Below are positions 1-9,465 of a DNA stretch of 64,000 nt, in pieces. The stretch comes from an uncultured Burkholderiales bacterium (GTDB lineage Bacteria; Pseudomonadota; Gammaproteobacteria; Burkholderiales; JAEUOS01). The notes beneath the pieces are model-generated. The model was not told the DNA's origin. It saw nothing but the letters and a program-made list of their open reading frames with translations, and searched no databases. The first letter of the stretch is position 1. The number at the start of each line of letters is the position of its first letter. The stretch spans positions 14,676-78,675 of the forward strand of contig CAYYFR010000006.1 in assembly GCA_964470865.1 (NCBI GenBank). Direction: 5' to 3'. Made by a program: the position numbers and the translations under genes.

Positions 1-1
1 C

Positions 2-1687
2 ACCATCTCCATTTCCGACAACGGGGTCGGCATGAGCCGCGACGAGGCGGTATCCAATCTGGGCACGATCGCCAAGTCAGGCACCCGCGAATTCTTCTCC
101 AGGCTCTCGGGCGACCAGGCCAAGGACGCCAACCTGATCGGCCAGTTCGGCGTCGGTTTCTATTCGGGCTTCATCGTCGCCAAGAAAATCACCGTGCTGA
201 CGCGGCGCGCCGGGTCGGACGAGGCGATTCGCTGGGAATCCACCGGCGAAGGCGAGTTCTCGATCGACGTTGCCGAAAAGGCCGGGCGCGGCACCGATGT
301 GACCCTGGAGTTGCGCGACGACGAGGATGAGCTGCTGTCCGCGTGGCGCCTGAAGTCGATCATCACCAAGTATTCGGACCACATCACCTTGCCGATCCTG
401 ATGAAAAAGGAGGAGTGGGACAAGGACAAGAACGAATACGTGACCGGTGATGAGGAGGAGACCGTCAACCAGGCCACCGCCCTGTGGACGCGCTCCAAAT
501 CCGACATCACCGAAGAGCAGTACACCGAGTTCTACAAGCATGTCTCGCATGATTTCGAGGCGCCGCTTTCGCATACGCACAATCGGGTCGAAGGCCGCCA
601 GGAATACATCCAGCTGCTCTACATACCGGGGCGTGCGCCGTTCGACCTGTATGACCGTGAACGCAAGCATGGCATCAAGCTCTACGTGCGCCGGGTGTTC
701 ATCATGGACGACGCCGAGCAACTGATGCCGCAGTACCTGCGCTTCGTCAAGGGCGTGATCGACTCGTCCGACCTGCCGCTCAACGTGTCACGTGAAATCC
801 TGCAGGAATCGCGCGACGTCAAGGCGATCCGCGAAGGCTCGACCAAACGCGTGCTGGGCTTGCTGGAAGAATTGGCCAACAGCGACGACGCCGCGCAAAA
901 AGAGAAGTACACCAAGTTCTGGAAAGAGTTCGGCCGGGTGCTCAAGGAAGGCGTGGGCGAGGACGCCATCAACAAGGAGCGCGTCGCCAAATTGCTGCGC
1001 TTCGCCTCGACCCAGGCCAATACCGACGAAGAAGGCGTGTCGCTGGCCGACTACGTGGCGCGCATGAAGGAAGGCCAGGACAAGATCTATTACGTCACCG
1101 CCGAAACCTTCCTGGCCGCGAAAAACAGTCCGCATCTGGAGGTGTTCCGCAAAAAGGGCATCGAGGTGCTGCTGCTGTCTGACCGAGTCGATGAATGGCT
1201 GGCTTCGCACCTGCACGAATTCGACGGCAAGTCGCTGGTATCGGTGGCCAAGGGCGGGCTGGATCTGGGCAAGCTGGAAGACGAAGCGGAGAAAAAAGAG
1301 CACGAGGCTGCGCAAGGGGAATCGAAGGACCTGATCGAAAAGATCAAAAAATCGCTGGGCGACAAGGTGAAGGAAGTGCGGGTTACGCACCGCCTGACCG
1401 AATCGCCGGCCTGCCTGGTGGCCGACGAAAACGACATGAGCGGCAACCTGGCGCGCATGCTCAAGGCCGCCGGCCAGAAGGCGCCGCCGTCACAGCCGAT
1501 TCTCGAAATCAACCCGCAGCATCCACTGGTGACGCGGCTCAAGTTCGAGGAGGCGCGCTTCGACGACTGGGCGCACCTGCTGTTCGATCAGGCGCTGCTG
1601 GCCGAGGGCGGGCAGCTCGAAGACCCGGCCGGCTTCGTGCGGCGCATGAATGAAATGCTGCTGGCGATGACCTCTGGCGGCAACTAG
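2..1687 (+). CDS. htpG: Molecular chaperone HtpG (Hsp90 family), 5' end outside window
   Basis: Frame is open from the window edge (nt 2: [12 protein letters not shown]...), stop at 1685-1687. Hsp90 signature GQFGVGFYS and complete middle/C-terminal regions in track ORF 32..1687. Confidence 0.95.
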   Translation, partial: TISISDNGVGMSRDEAVSNLGTIAKSGTREFFSRLSGDQAKDANLIGQFGVGFYSGFIVAKKITVLTRRAGSDEAIRWESTGEGEFSIDVAEKAGRGTDVTLELRDDEDELLSAWRLKSIITKYSDHITLPILMKKEEWDKDKNEYVTGDEEETVNQATALWTRSKSDITEEQYTEFYKHVSHDFEAPLSHTHNRVEGRQEYIQLLYIPGRAPFDLYDRERKHGIKLYVRRVFIMDDAEQLMPQYLRFVKGVIDSSDLPLNVSREILQESRDVKAIREGSTKRVLGLLEELANSDDAAQKEKYTKFWKEFGRVLKEGVGEDAINKERVAKLLRFASTQANTDEEGVSLADYVARMKEGQDKIYYVTAETFLAAKNSPHLEVFRKKGIEVLLLSDRVDEWLASHLHEFDGKSLVSVAKGGLDLGKLEDEAEKKEHEAAQGESKDLIEKIKKSLGDKVKEVRVTHRLTESPACLVADENDMSGNLARMLKAAGQKAPPSQPILEINPQHPLVTRLKFEEARFDDWAHLLFDQALLAEGGQLEDPAGFVRRMNEMLLAMTSGGN

Positions 1688-1712
1688 CGCAGGCCCGGAA
1701 GTTGATCCCTCT

Positions 1713-1745
1713 GGCCCGGAAGGGTATCTTTCCGGGCCGATTTTT
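1713..1745 (+). terminator. Rho-independent terminator after htpG
   Basis: Perfect 9-bp stem GGCCCGGAA/TTCCGGGCC (1713-1721 / 1730-1738), 8-nt loop, then GA + TTTTT (1741-1745), 26 nt after the htpG stop. Confidence 0.65.
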
Positions 1746-1814
1746 GTAGCGCAAAAGCTTACGCAGTCCGCGCACCCTAGAATCGGTGTTCCGTAGCCTT
1801 CACCGAGACGCCCG

Positions 1815-3269
1815 ATGCCCATTTCCCCGTTTGCCTCAGCCACACGACTGGCCGCCCTGATCCGTCGCCGCAAGCTGAGTGCATCGGATGCGCTCGATGT
1901 GTACCTCGCGCGCCTGGAAAGCCATAATCCGCGCATCAATGCTGTGATCGTCACGCGCATCGAGGCGGCTCGCAAGGAAGCGCGCGCCATCGATCGCGCG
2001 CTCGCCAAAGGCGTCAAGCTGGGTCCCTTGGCCGGGGTGCCGATGACGGTCAAGGAATCGTTCAACGTCGCCGGCCTGCCCACCACCTGGGGCCTGACCG
2101 AGCACAAGGGCAAGGCGGTCGCCGAAGATGCGCTTTCAGTCAAGCGCCTGAAGGCGGCCGGCGCGGTGATTTTCGGCAAGACCAACGTGCCGGTCATGCT
2201 GGCCGACTGGCAGACCTACAACCCGGTGTACGGCACCACCAGCAATCCGTGGGACGTGGCGCGGGTGCCAGGCGGCTCCTCCGGCGGTGCCGCCGCTGCG
2301 CTGGCCGCCGGCCTCACCGGTCTTGAGATGGGCTCCGACATCGGTGCCTCGATCCGCGATCCGGCCCACTACTGCGGCGTGTATGGCCACAAGCCCAGCT
2401 ACGGCATCTGCTCGCCGCAGGGGCATGCGCTGGCGGGTGCGGTGGCAGCGCAAGACATAAGCGTCATCGGCCCGTTGGCGCGTAGCGCGGACGATCTCAA
2501 GCTGGCGATGGGCGTGATTGCCGGCCCCGATGCGATCGATGCCCAAGGCTGGAAACTGGCGCTGCCCAAGCCGCGCAAGACTGTGCTCAAGGAGTTCAGG
2601 ATTGGCGTGATGCTGAGCCATCCGACAGCGGAGGTGGATGCTTCGATCCAAAGCGCCATCGAGGCGCTTTGCAGGTGGTGCGCGAAGCAAAAGGCCAAGG
2701 TCGATTTCAAGGCCCGCCCCGACTTCGACCCCGCCGAAGCGCACCGCGTATTCATCGCCATGGTGCGCGCGGCCACCTCCGGTCGCCAGAGTGCCGAGCA
2801 GTTCGCCCGCTGGTCGAAACTCGCGGCGCAGCGGGGCGCACAAGACATGAGCTATGAAGCCCAGGCGGCGCGCGGCAACACGCTGTTGTACAAGGACTGG
2901 CTCAACCTCAATGAGCGGCGCCACCAGATGCGTCTGGCCTGGGCGCGTTTTTTCGAAACCCATGACGTGCTGTTGTGCCCAGCGGCCGCCACGCCGGCGT
3001 TTCCGCACAACCAGAAAGGCGAGCGCTGGGAGCGCATGATCGATGTGAATGGCAAGCCGCAGCCCGGCACGACCCAGATGTTCTGGGCCGGCTATTCGGG
3101 CATGTGCTATCTGCCTTCGACGGTGGCGCCGATAGGGTTTTCGAAAGAGGGTTTGCCGGTCGGCGTGCAGATCGTCGGGCCGCAGTATGGCGATGCGACT
3201 ACGATTGAATTTGCGCGTCAGGTCGAGGCCGGTTATGCCGGCTTCGTGCCGCCGGGCGGGTTCGAATAG
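1815..3269 (+). CDS. Amidase-signature family amidase
   Basis: 484-aa ORF with the amidase signature region GGSSGGAAAALAAG and conserved KES/GxD context. ATG start. Confidence 0.85.
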   Translation: MPISPFASATRLAALIRRRKLSASDALDVYLARLESHNPRINAVIVTRIEAARKEARAIDRALAKGVKLGPLAGVPMTVKESFNVAGLPTTWGLTEHKGKAVAEDALSVKRLKAAGAVIFGKTNVPVMLADWQTYNPVYGTTSNPWDVARVPGGSSGGAAAALAAGLTGLEMGSDIGASIRDPAHYCGVYGHKPSYGICSPQGHALAGAVAAQDISVIGPLARSADDLKLAMGVIAGPDAIDAQGWKLALPKPRKTVLKEFRIGVMLSHPTAEVDASIQSAIEALCRWCAKQKAKVDFKARPDFDPAEAHRVFIAMVRAATSGRQSAEQFARWSKLAAQRGAQDMSYEAQAARGNTLLYKDWLNLNERRHQMRLAWARFFETHDVLLCPAAATPAFPHNQKGERWERMIDVNGKPQPGTTQMFWAGYSGMCYLPSTVAPIGFSKEGLPVGVQIVGPQYGDATTIEFARQVEAGYAGFVPPGGFE

Positions 3270-3305
3270 CTCTCGTATCGATTCAATCTGCCTGGCATAG
3301 GCCTG

Positions 3306-3583
3306 ATGCGCCGAGCGCCATCAGAACCCTGTTCAACTTCAGTCCGCCTGCCACCGACGAGGAAATCAACGGCGCATCCCTGCAGTTTGTGCGCAAGCTG
3401 AGCGGCTCCAACAGCCCGTCGAAAGTCAATCAGGCGGCGTTTTACCTCGCGGTGCAGGAAGTTGCGGCCGTGGCGCGTGGGCTCATGGCATCACTGGTGA
3501 CCAACACTGTCCCGCGCGATCGTGACCAAGAGGCGGCGCGCGCGAGGGCGCGTTCGGCGCTGCGGTTCCGGCTGTTACCCTAG
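3306..3583 (+). pseudogene. DUF2277-family small protein whose ATG is out of frame with the conserved body
   Basis: Frame 2 reads ...IRTLFNFSPPATDEEINGASLQFVRKLSG...ARARARSALRF to the stop at 3581-3583. This fits my recollection of DUF2277 N-termini (MCRNI(K/R)TLFNFEPPATDEEI). The only upstream ATG (3306) is in another frame, 11 nt before ATC 3320. The first in-frame ATG/GTG/TTG is GTG 3389, inside the conserved part. Confidence 0.5.
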
Positions 3584-3647
3584 ACCGTAGCAGGGCAGCG
3601 GGCCCGTGAGATCGCAGGTCGGCTCACCGGGCGGAAACAATGTGCGT

Positions 3648-4211
3648 TCAGATCCGGTGTCCAAGCCGCTTCATCAGTTCGGGTACCGCATGGCGCAGAT
3701 GCATCGATAGCCCCAGAGCACCCATCTGCGCGCTGTTGCGGCCAAGAATGGTTTGCGAAAGCGGCAGGAAGGTTTCCTCCTCGTAGGCTGCGTGTGCCTT
3801 GTAGGTGGCCACCAGCGCAGCCACGGCTGCCGCGTCGAGCGTCGAGTCATGCCCCTTGGCCGCCTCTTTCAACGCCGGCTCGAGTTTCGACCAGGCGGCT
3901 TCGATCTGGCGATGCTCCTGCGTCAGGCGCTTGACGATGGCCTGCACCTGCAAGCGCTCCTCGCCTTGTGCGGCGCCGCCTGCAACCGCCGGGAACAGTT
4001 CACTTTCCTCCTCTGCATGATGCTCGTACACGACAGCGCGGAAGAAGGTGAGGGTCTGGCCGGCTATCTTCCGCGCTTCTGCGGCCGGTTCCAGCAGCGC
4101 AGGCAATTGGCCGAATTCCGCCAGATGCGCGAGGATCCCTTCATGGCAATTCGAGAAGACTTCCAGCGGCTTGTCGCTCGGGCCCTTGGGTGTGTTGGCA
4201 GGTGCAGTCAT
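3648..4211 (-). CDS. Hemerythrin-like (HHE cation-binding) domain protein
   Basis: 187 aa with repeated H/E metal-ligand motifs (NCHEGILAHL, YEHHAEEESELFP, LTQEHRQIE, YKAHAAYEEETFLP). Confidence 0.75.
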   Translation of the reverse strand: MTAPANTPKGPSDKPLEVFSNCHEGILAHLAEFGQLPALLEPAAEARKIAGQTLTFFRAVVYEHHAEEESELFPAVAGGAAQGEERLQVQAIVKRLTQEHRQIEAAWSKLEPALKEAAKGHDSTLDAAAVAALVATYKAHAAYEEETFLPLSQTILGRNSAQMGALGLSMHLRHAVPELMKRLGHRI

Positions 4212-4450
4212 GAAACCTCCCGGTGAGTTTGATATTCAGCCTAAGTCCGTGCCGGGAATGGGCTTTGATGCAGATCAAGCGGAATTCCGCCGGCGCGGCT
4301 CGGGCGCATGCGGGCGGAGCGCGAATGCCGGGACGCGGCGTTGGTTTTCAGCTGTGGCTCGATGAAGCTTGTGGCGCGGTGCAGGAATGCCTGCCCGGAC
4401 CGGGCGCCGGTTGGCTGGTACTCTCGGGGTTTTCATGGCAGGGGATAGAC

Positions 4451-5266
4451 ATGCAGGCAGGGAGGAGTCAGTTACGTATCGGCATTGCCGGGCTGGGGGC
4501 GGTGGGCAAAAGCGTGGCCGAGAAACTCGATGCCGGGATCCCGGGTTTGCAGTTGACGGCCATCGCCGTGCGTGACGTCGCGGCGGCGCGCGCTCGCATC
4601 AAGCTTGCGTCGCCGTGCGTATTCACCGACTTGGCCGGGCTTGCGCCGCTGTGCGATGTGGTGGTCGAGTGCGCGCCCTCCGCGTTGCTCCCGGCAATCT
4701 GCCGGCCGGTGCTGGCCGCCGGCAAGAAGGTGGTGGTGTTGAGCGTAGGTGCGTTGTTGCGCAACCAAGACCTGATCGACCTGGCGCGCGAATCCGGCGG
4801 GCAGATCGTGGTGCCAACCGGCGCCCTGATCGGGCTCGACGCAGTGACGGCCGCCGCCGAAGGCACGATTCGCTCGGTGCGCATGATCACCAGGAAGCCG
4901 GTGAAGGGCCTGGTTGGCGCGCCTTATCTGGTCGAAAACAACATCGCGATCGAAGACATCAAGGAACCCTTGCGCATTTTTTCCGGCTCGCCGCGCGACG
5001 CGGCGGTGGGTTTTCCGGCCAACCTGAATGTCGCGGTTGCGTTGTCATTGGCCGGCATCGGGCCGGACAAGACCACCCTCGAGATCTGGGCCGACCCGCA
5101 CCTCGACCGCAATACCCACCGGATTGAGGTTGATGCAGATTCGGCTTCGTTTTCGATGGAGATCGCCAACATTCCGTCGGAGAATCCGCGCACCGGCAGG
5201 ATCACGGCCCTGAGTGTGATTGCCGCTCTGCGCAAGATGAGCGCGCCACTGCGGGTGGGAACCTAG
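4451..5266 (+). CDS. Aspartate dehydrogenase-like (DUF108/NadX family) oxidoreductase
   Basis: Rossmann N-terminus RIGIAGLGAVGKSVAEKL and C-terminal NTHRIEVDADSASFSMEIANIPSENPRTGRITALS. Start moved to ATG 4451 (MQAGRSQLRIGIAG); the upstream part of ORF 4223.. looks non-coding. Confidence 0.7.
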   Translation: MQAGRSQLRIGIAGLGAVGKSVAEKLDAGIPGLQLTAIAVRDVAAARARIKLASPCVFTDLAGLAPLCDVVVECAPSALLPAICRPVLAAGKKVVVLSVGALLRNQDLIDLARESGGQIVVPTGALIGLDAVTAAAEGTIRSVRMITRKPVKGLVGAPYLVENNIAIEDIKEPLRIFSGSPRDAAVGFPANLNVAVALSLAGIGPDKTTLEIWADPHLDRNTHRIEVDADSASFSMEIANIPSENPRTGRITALSVIAALRKMSAPLRVGT

Positions 5267-5281
5267 TACTGTCGGTCGTAC

Positions 5282-8200
5282 TCAATGAAAATCCCGCGAC
5301 CGGGTCAGGAGGCTGCCCAGTAACGCGGTGTCGTCCACCACCCGCTTGGCGATCAGGTGCGAAACCTTGCCGTCGGTTTCCCACACGCCGTACACAGTGA
5401 GGAGCCGGGCGGTGAGGATTTCACGGCGCTGCGCTTCGATCACCTGCGGCCAGCACACCACGTTGATGTTGCCCGCTTCGTCTTCCAGGGTCATGAAGAT
5501 CACGCCCTTGGCGGTGTCGGGGCGCTGGCGGTTGACCACGATGCCGGCCGCGCGCGCCAGGCGCCGGTGCGGGTAGGTGGCGAGTTCGGCGGAGTTGACC
5601 AGGCGGCGCTTTGCAAGCAGCGGGCGCAACAAAGCCAGCGGATGGCGGCGCAGGGTGAGGCCGGTGCTGGCGTAATCGGCAACGATGTCTTCGCCTTCGG
5701 CCGGCGCCGGCAGGTCGGCCGGTGTTTCCGGCGTGCCGGTATCGGGCAGGATCGGCAAGGGCGCCTCGATGCCGGCCACCTGCCACAAGGCCTGGCGGCG
5801 GTGACCGGAGAGACTTGCCAGGGCGTCGGCGGCGGACACGGCTTCGAGGTCGCCGCGGTTGAGCCGGGTGCGGCGTGCCAGGTCGTCGGCGCTGGCGAAG
5901 GCCCGCTCGCTGCGCGCGGCAATGATGCATTGCATACCGGTGGCAGACAGACCTTTGACCATTTTCAGGCCCAGGCGAAGGGCCGGCTGGTGGCGATGGT
6001 CGGGCGCGGCGTTGCCGCCATTTCCGGTGGCGGGTGCAAGCGCTGCGTCCAGTTGTGCCTGCCAGCGCGCACGGCTTGCGGCATCGTCTTCCAGGGTGCA
6101 GTCGATGGCGCTTGCGGTCACGTCCACCGGCCGCACCGCCAACTGCAGGCGCCGCGCTTCCTGCGCCAGTTGCGAAGGTGAATAAAAACCCATCGGCTGG
6201 CTGTTGATGAGCGCGCAAAAAAACGCCGCCGGCTCGAAACATTTGAGCCAGGCCGATACATAGACCAAGAGCGCGAAGCTGGCGGCATGGCTTTCGGGAA
6301 AGCCGTATTCGCCAAAGCCCAGCATCTGGCGGTAGATCTGCTCGGCCCATTCGGGCGCGTAGCCGCGCTCGGCCATGCCTTTCTTCAGGCGCTCTTCGAA
6401 GGGGGTGAGCCCGCCCTTGCGCTTCCAGGCGGCCATGGCGCGGCGCAACTGGTCGGCCTCGCCCGGGGTGAAGCCGGCTGCCACTACCGCCAGCTTCATC
6501 ACCTGTTCCTGGAAGATCGATACACCGAGGGTGCGCTTCAATACCTGTTCGACCGCCGCCGACGGGTAGCTCACCGGCTCCAGCCCCTGGCGCCGCCGCA
6601 GATAAGGATGCACCATGCCGCCCTGGATCGGCCCGGGGCGCACGATCGCCACCTCGATCACCAGGTCATAGAAGCAGCGCGGCGCCAGGCGTGGCAGCAT
6701 GCTCATCTGTGCCCGTGATTCGACCTGGAACACGCCCATCGATTCGCCGCGGCACAGCATGTCGTAGACGTGGCGGCTCTCTTTGGGCACCGCCATCATC
6801 GGCAAAGCCGCGCCACGGCGCTCGCCCAGCATGCCCAGGGTGCGGCGGATGGCCGACAGCATGCCCAGCGCCAGCACGTCGACCTTGAGCAGGCCCACGG
6901 CTTCGAGGTCGTCCTTGTCCCACTGGATCACGGTGCGCTCCGGCATGGCCGCGTTTTCCACCGGCACGAATTTCGACAGGTCGTCGCGCACGATGACAAA
7001 GCCGCCGCTGTGCTGCGACAAATGGCGCGGAAAGCCGATCAGCTGCGCGGTCAGTGCCAACAGGTGTTTCACCTGCGGCGCATCGGGGTCAAGGCCTACC
7101 TCGCGCAGGCGTTCGGGCAGGGCCTCGTGCTTGTCCCACCAGGCCAGAGCGCGGCTCAAGCCTTCGAGCTGATCGGCGGCGAAGCCGAGGGCGCGGCCGA
7201 CATCCTTGAGCGCGCTTTTAGGCCGATAAGTGGCGACCGCCGCCGCCAGCGCAGCGCGATGGCGGCCGTACTTGCGGTAGATGTACTGGATCACTTCCTC
7301 GCGCCGTTCATGCTCGAAATCGACGTCGATGTCGGGCGGCTCGTTGCGCTCCTTCGAGATGAAACGCTCGAACAGCAGAGTGCCGCGCGACGGATCAACC
7401 TCGGTGATGCCAAGGCAGTAACAAACCGCCGAGTTGGCTGCCGAGCCGCGCCCCTGGCACAAAATGCCTTGCGCGCGGGCGAAGGCGACGATGTCGTGCA
7501 CGGTCAGGAAGTAGGCCTCGTAACCCAGTTCGCCGATGAGCGCGAGTTCGTGCTCGATCTGCCGTTCGATGCCGGCTGGCGTGCCGGCGGGAAAGCGCCA
7601 GGCCATGCCGGCTTGTGTCAGCGCGCGCAGGTGCGCAGCCGGTGTGCTGCCTGCGGGCACCGCCTCCTGCGGATATTCATACTTGAGTTCGTCGAGCGAA
7701 AAATTGCAGGTTTCAGCAATGCGCAGGGTTTCTTCCAGCCAGGCCGGCGGGTAGGTGCGGGCGAGCGCCAGCAGGGTGCGCAGGTGGCGCTCGCCGTTGG
7801 GCTCGAGCGCGTGGCCGCAGTCGGCCACGGTCGCGCGCAGGCGGGTGGCGGTGAGTACGTCCTGCAGGGCCTTGCGGCTGCGGGTGTGCATCAGCACGCC
7901 GCCGGTGGCTGCGATCGGCAAGCCGGTCGCAGCCGAGATCGCCTCCACCGCCCGGCGGTTGGCGCGGTCGTTGGGGCCGGTGGTGAGGCAGGCGGCGATC
8001 CAGAAACGGCCGGGGAATAGCGACGCCAGAGCAAGCGCATCGTTGGCCAGGCGGGCGCTGAGACCGTCTTCGTCGATCGTGACAGGCAGCCCGGCGTGGG
8101 CTGGCACCCGCACCGGCAGGTCGGGGACATAGAGGCAAGCGCAGCCTGGCACGCCGGCATCGAGGTCGGCGCGCGCGAATGCGTAGGATCCTTTCGGGCT

Positions 8201-8542
8201 CCTGCGGCGCGCCGCGGTAATGAGTGCGCACAAGGACTCGTAGCCAGCTTTTGACTGCGCCAGCAACACGATGCGCGATGCAGGCAAAGCCTCACCCGAG
8301 GCCTCGTCCTGCGTGAAACGGAACTCGGCCCCGACGATCAGCTTGAAGCAACCTTCGACCGCTGCCTCATGCGCGCGCACGATGCCGGCCAGCGAGCACT
8401 CGTCGGTGACGGCCAGCGCCGTGTAGCCGACCTTGAGCGCGCGCTGCACCAGTTCGGTGGCCGAGGAAGCGCCGCGCAGGAACGAGAAGTTCGAGACGCA
8501 GTGCAGTTCGCAATAGCGCGGGAGTGCGTGCTGGGCGGCCAT
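5282..8542 (-). CDS. dnaE2: Error-prone DNA polymerase III alpha-like subunit DnaE2 (ImuC)
   Basis: 1086 aa. N-terminal PHP domain (YCELHCVSNFSFLRGAS), Pol III alpha core, C-terminal OB region. Lies downstream of imuA-imuB on the same strand. Confidence 0.95.
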   Translation of the reverse strand: MAAQHALPRYCELHCVSNFSFLRGASSATELVQRALKVGYTALAVTDECSLAGIVRAHEAAVEGCFKLIVGAEFRFTQDEASGEALPASRIVLLAQSKAGYESLCALITAARRRSPKGSYAFARADLDAGVPGCACLYVPDLPVRVPAHAGLPVTIDEDGLSARLANDALALASLFPGRFWIAACLTTGPNDRANRRAVEAISAATGLPIAATGGVLMHTRSRKALQDVLTATRLRATVADCGHALEPNGERHLRTLLALARTYPPAWLEETLRIAETCNFSLDELKYEYPQEAVPAGSTPAAHLRALTQAGMAWRFPAGTPAGIERQIEHELALIGELGYEAYFLTVHDIVAFARAQGILCQGRGSAANSAVCYCLGITEVDPSRGTLLFERFISKERNEPPDIDVDFEHERREEVIQYIYRKYGRHRAALAAAVATYRPKSALKDVGRALGFAADQLEGLSRALAWWDKHEALPERLREVGLDPDAPQVKHLLALTAQLIGFPRHLSQHSGGFVIVRDDLSKFVPVENAAMPERTVIQWDKDDLEAVGLLKVDVLALGMLSAIRRTLGMLGERRGAALPMMAVPKESRHVYDMLCRGESMGVFQVESRAQMSMLPRLAPRCFYDLVIEVAIVRPGPIQGGMVHPYLRRRQGLEPVSYPSAAVEQVLKRTLGVSIFQEQVMKLAVVAAGFTPGEADQLRRAMAAWKRKGGLTPFEERLKKGMAERGYAPEWAEQIYRQMLGFGEYGFPESHAASFALLVYVSAWLKCFEPAAFFCALINSQPMGFYSPSQLAQEARRLQLAVRPVDVTASAIDCTLEDDAASRARWQAQLDAALAPATGNGGNAAPDHRHQPALRLGLKMVKGLSATGMQCIIAARSERAFASADDLARRTRLNRGDLEAVSAADALASLSGHRRQALWQVAGIEAPLPILPDTGTPETPADLPAPAEGEDIVADYASTGLTLRRHPLALLRPLLAKRRLVNSAELATYPHRRLARAAGIVVNRQRPDTAKGVIFMTLEDEAGNINVVCWPQVIEAQRREILTARLLTVYGVWETDGKVSHLIAKRVVDDTALLGSLLTRSRDFH

Positions 8543-8587
8543 GGCATTTTGAACCGGTGCCGATATGGAGGGCCGACCTGCGGGCTG

Positions 8588-8779
8588 CTAGCCCTTTGCA
8601 GGCTTGGGCAGGCGAGTGCGTGCCCTGACGGCGCCAAATTCCCGGCCAACAGGGACGATGGCATCCCACGCGCGGTCGACAGGCATGTCGCCTGGCCGCA
8701 TGCCGGAAAGCAGTTCAGCCAGCGTGTAACTGCGTCGGCGAGCTGCTTTCGCAAGGGTGTGATCCGGGGTTTTTCGCAT
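8588..8779 (-). CDS. Small ORF resembling only the C-terminal half of a MazE/PemI-type antitoxin (possible remnant)
   Basis: YTLAELLSGMRPGDMPVDRAWDAIVPVGREFG parallels the E. coli MazE C-terminus [30 protein letters not shown]. There is no SpoVT/AbrB-type N-terminal domain and no mazF-like partner. ATG 8779 has GGAAGGG upstream. Confidence 0.35.
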   Translation of the reverse strand: MRKTPDHTLAKAARRRSYTLAELLSGMRPGDMPVDRAWDAIVPVGREFGAVRARTRLPKPAKG

Positions 8780-8801
8780 ATTCGAGCCCTTCCGATGGAT
8801 T

Positions 8802-9239
8802 TCAGCCAACCCGCAATTCCAGCTTTTTCCCGATTACCCGGAATGCCTCGACGAGCCCGTCGATCTTGGTGGCATGTCTGAGGTTGGTCATGCGATTGAC
8901 CACTTGCGGTGTGGTACCGAGTCGACGCGCCAGATCGACGGGACGTATCTTTTGATGCAGCATTTCATTGAGCAAGAGAATTTTGGCTGTCATGCTGGCA
9001 GGCAGAACTACCGTTCGCTGGCCACGTTTTGGCTGGCTTGGCATGGGCACCGGGCGTCCATCCTCGAAATAGAACTCAAGAGCGCTTTCCAGTGCTTCGC
9101 GTGCCATGCGCGGTGCATCGGCTGGGGCATGGGCGCTGGTGGCGGCTTCCGGAATGTCTGTAAACGTGATCAGAAGCGACCCGTTGGTGTCTGTTTTCAT
9201 TTTCACGGGGTATGCAAGCATGATGAAATTCCTGTTCAT
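8802..9239 (-). CDS. hicB: HicB-family antitoxin with C-terminal HTH
   Basis: N-terminal HicB fold (MLAYPVKMKTDTNGSLLITFTDIPEA...) plus an XRE-like HTH (IRPVDLARRLGTTPQVVNRMTN). ATG 9239 overlaps the hicA stop (ATGA). Alternative start at ATG 9221. Confidence 0.85.
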   Translation of the reverse strand: MNRNFIMLAYPVKMKTDTNGSLLITFTDIPEAATSAHAPADAPRMAREALESALEFYFEDGRPVPMPSQPKRGQRTVVLPASMTAKILLLNEMLHQKIRPVDLARRLGTTPQVVNRMTNLRHATKIDGLVEAFRVIGKKLELRVG

Positions 9240-9415
9240 TTGAGGCCCAGGTCCTGCCTGATTTTTCGCACCGGGCCATGGCCGATTTCCTTGGCGCCGT
9301 GATCGGGAAAGATGGTTTGTCTGCCATTCAGATAGACCCTGAAATGGCTTCCCTTGGCGGGTTTGAATGTTGCTCCCTGCTTGACCAGCCATCGTCTGAA
9401 TTCGCTGTATTTCAT
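9236..9415 (-). CDS. hicA: HicA-family mRNA interferase toxin
   Basis: 59-aa ORF hand-translated, absent from the track (<60 aa): MKYSEFRRWLVKQGATFKPAKGSHFRVYLNGRQTIFPDHGAKEIGHGPVRKIRQDLGLK. It has the typical HicA length and GSH motif and sits immediately upstream of hicB. Confidence 0.85.
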   Translation of the reverse strand: MKYSEFRRWLVKQGATFKPAKGSHFRVYLNGRQTIFPDHGAKEIGHGPVRKIRQDLGLK

Positions 9416-9465
9416 TTAATTATAAACAAAAGTGTTTATTTTTAAGGACTGCGGCGCATCACGGC

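Noticed and set aside
4223-4450. 76-codon N-terminal extension of the aspartate dehydrogenase-like ORF
   Set aside because: It has a GTG start with no RBS, a Cys/Trp/Arg-rich sequence and no similarity to the family. The Rossmann fold begins right after ATG 4451.
9416-9424. TATAAT hexamer immediately upstream of hicA
   Set aside because: It ends only 3 nt before the ATG, so a transcript started from it would begin inside the ORF. It is therefore not called as the hicAB promoter.
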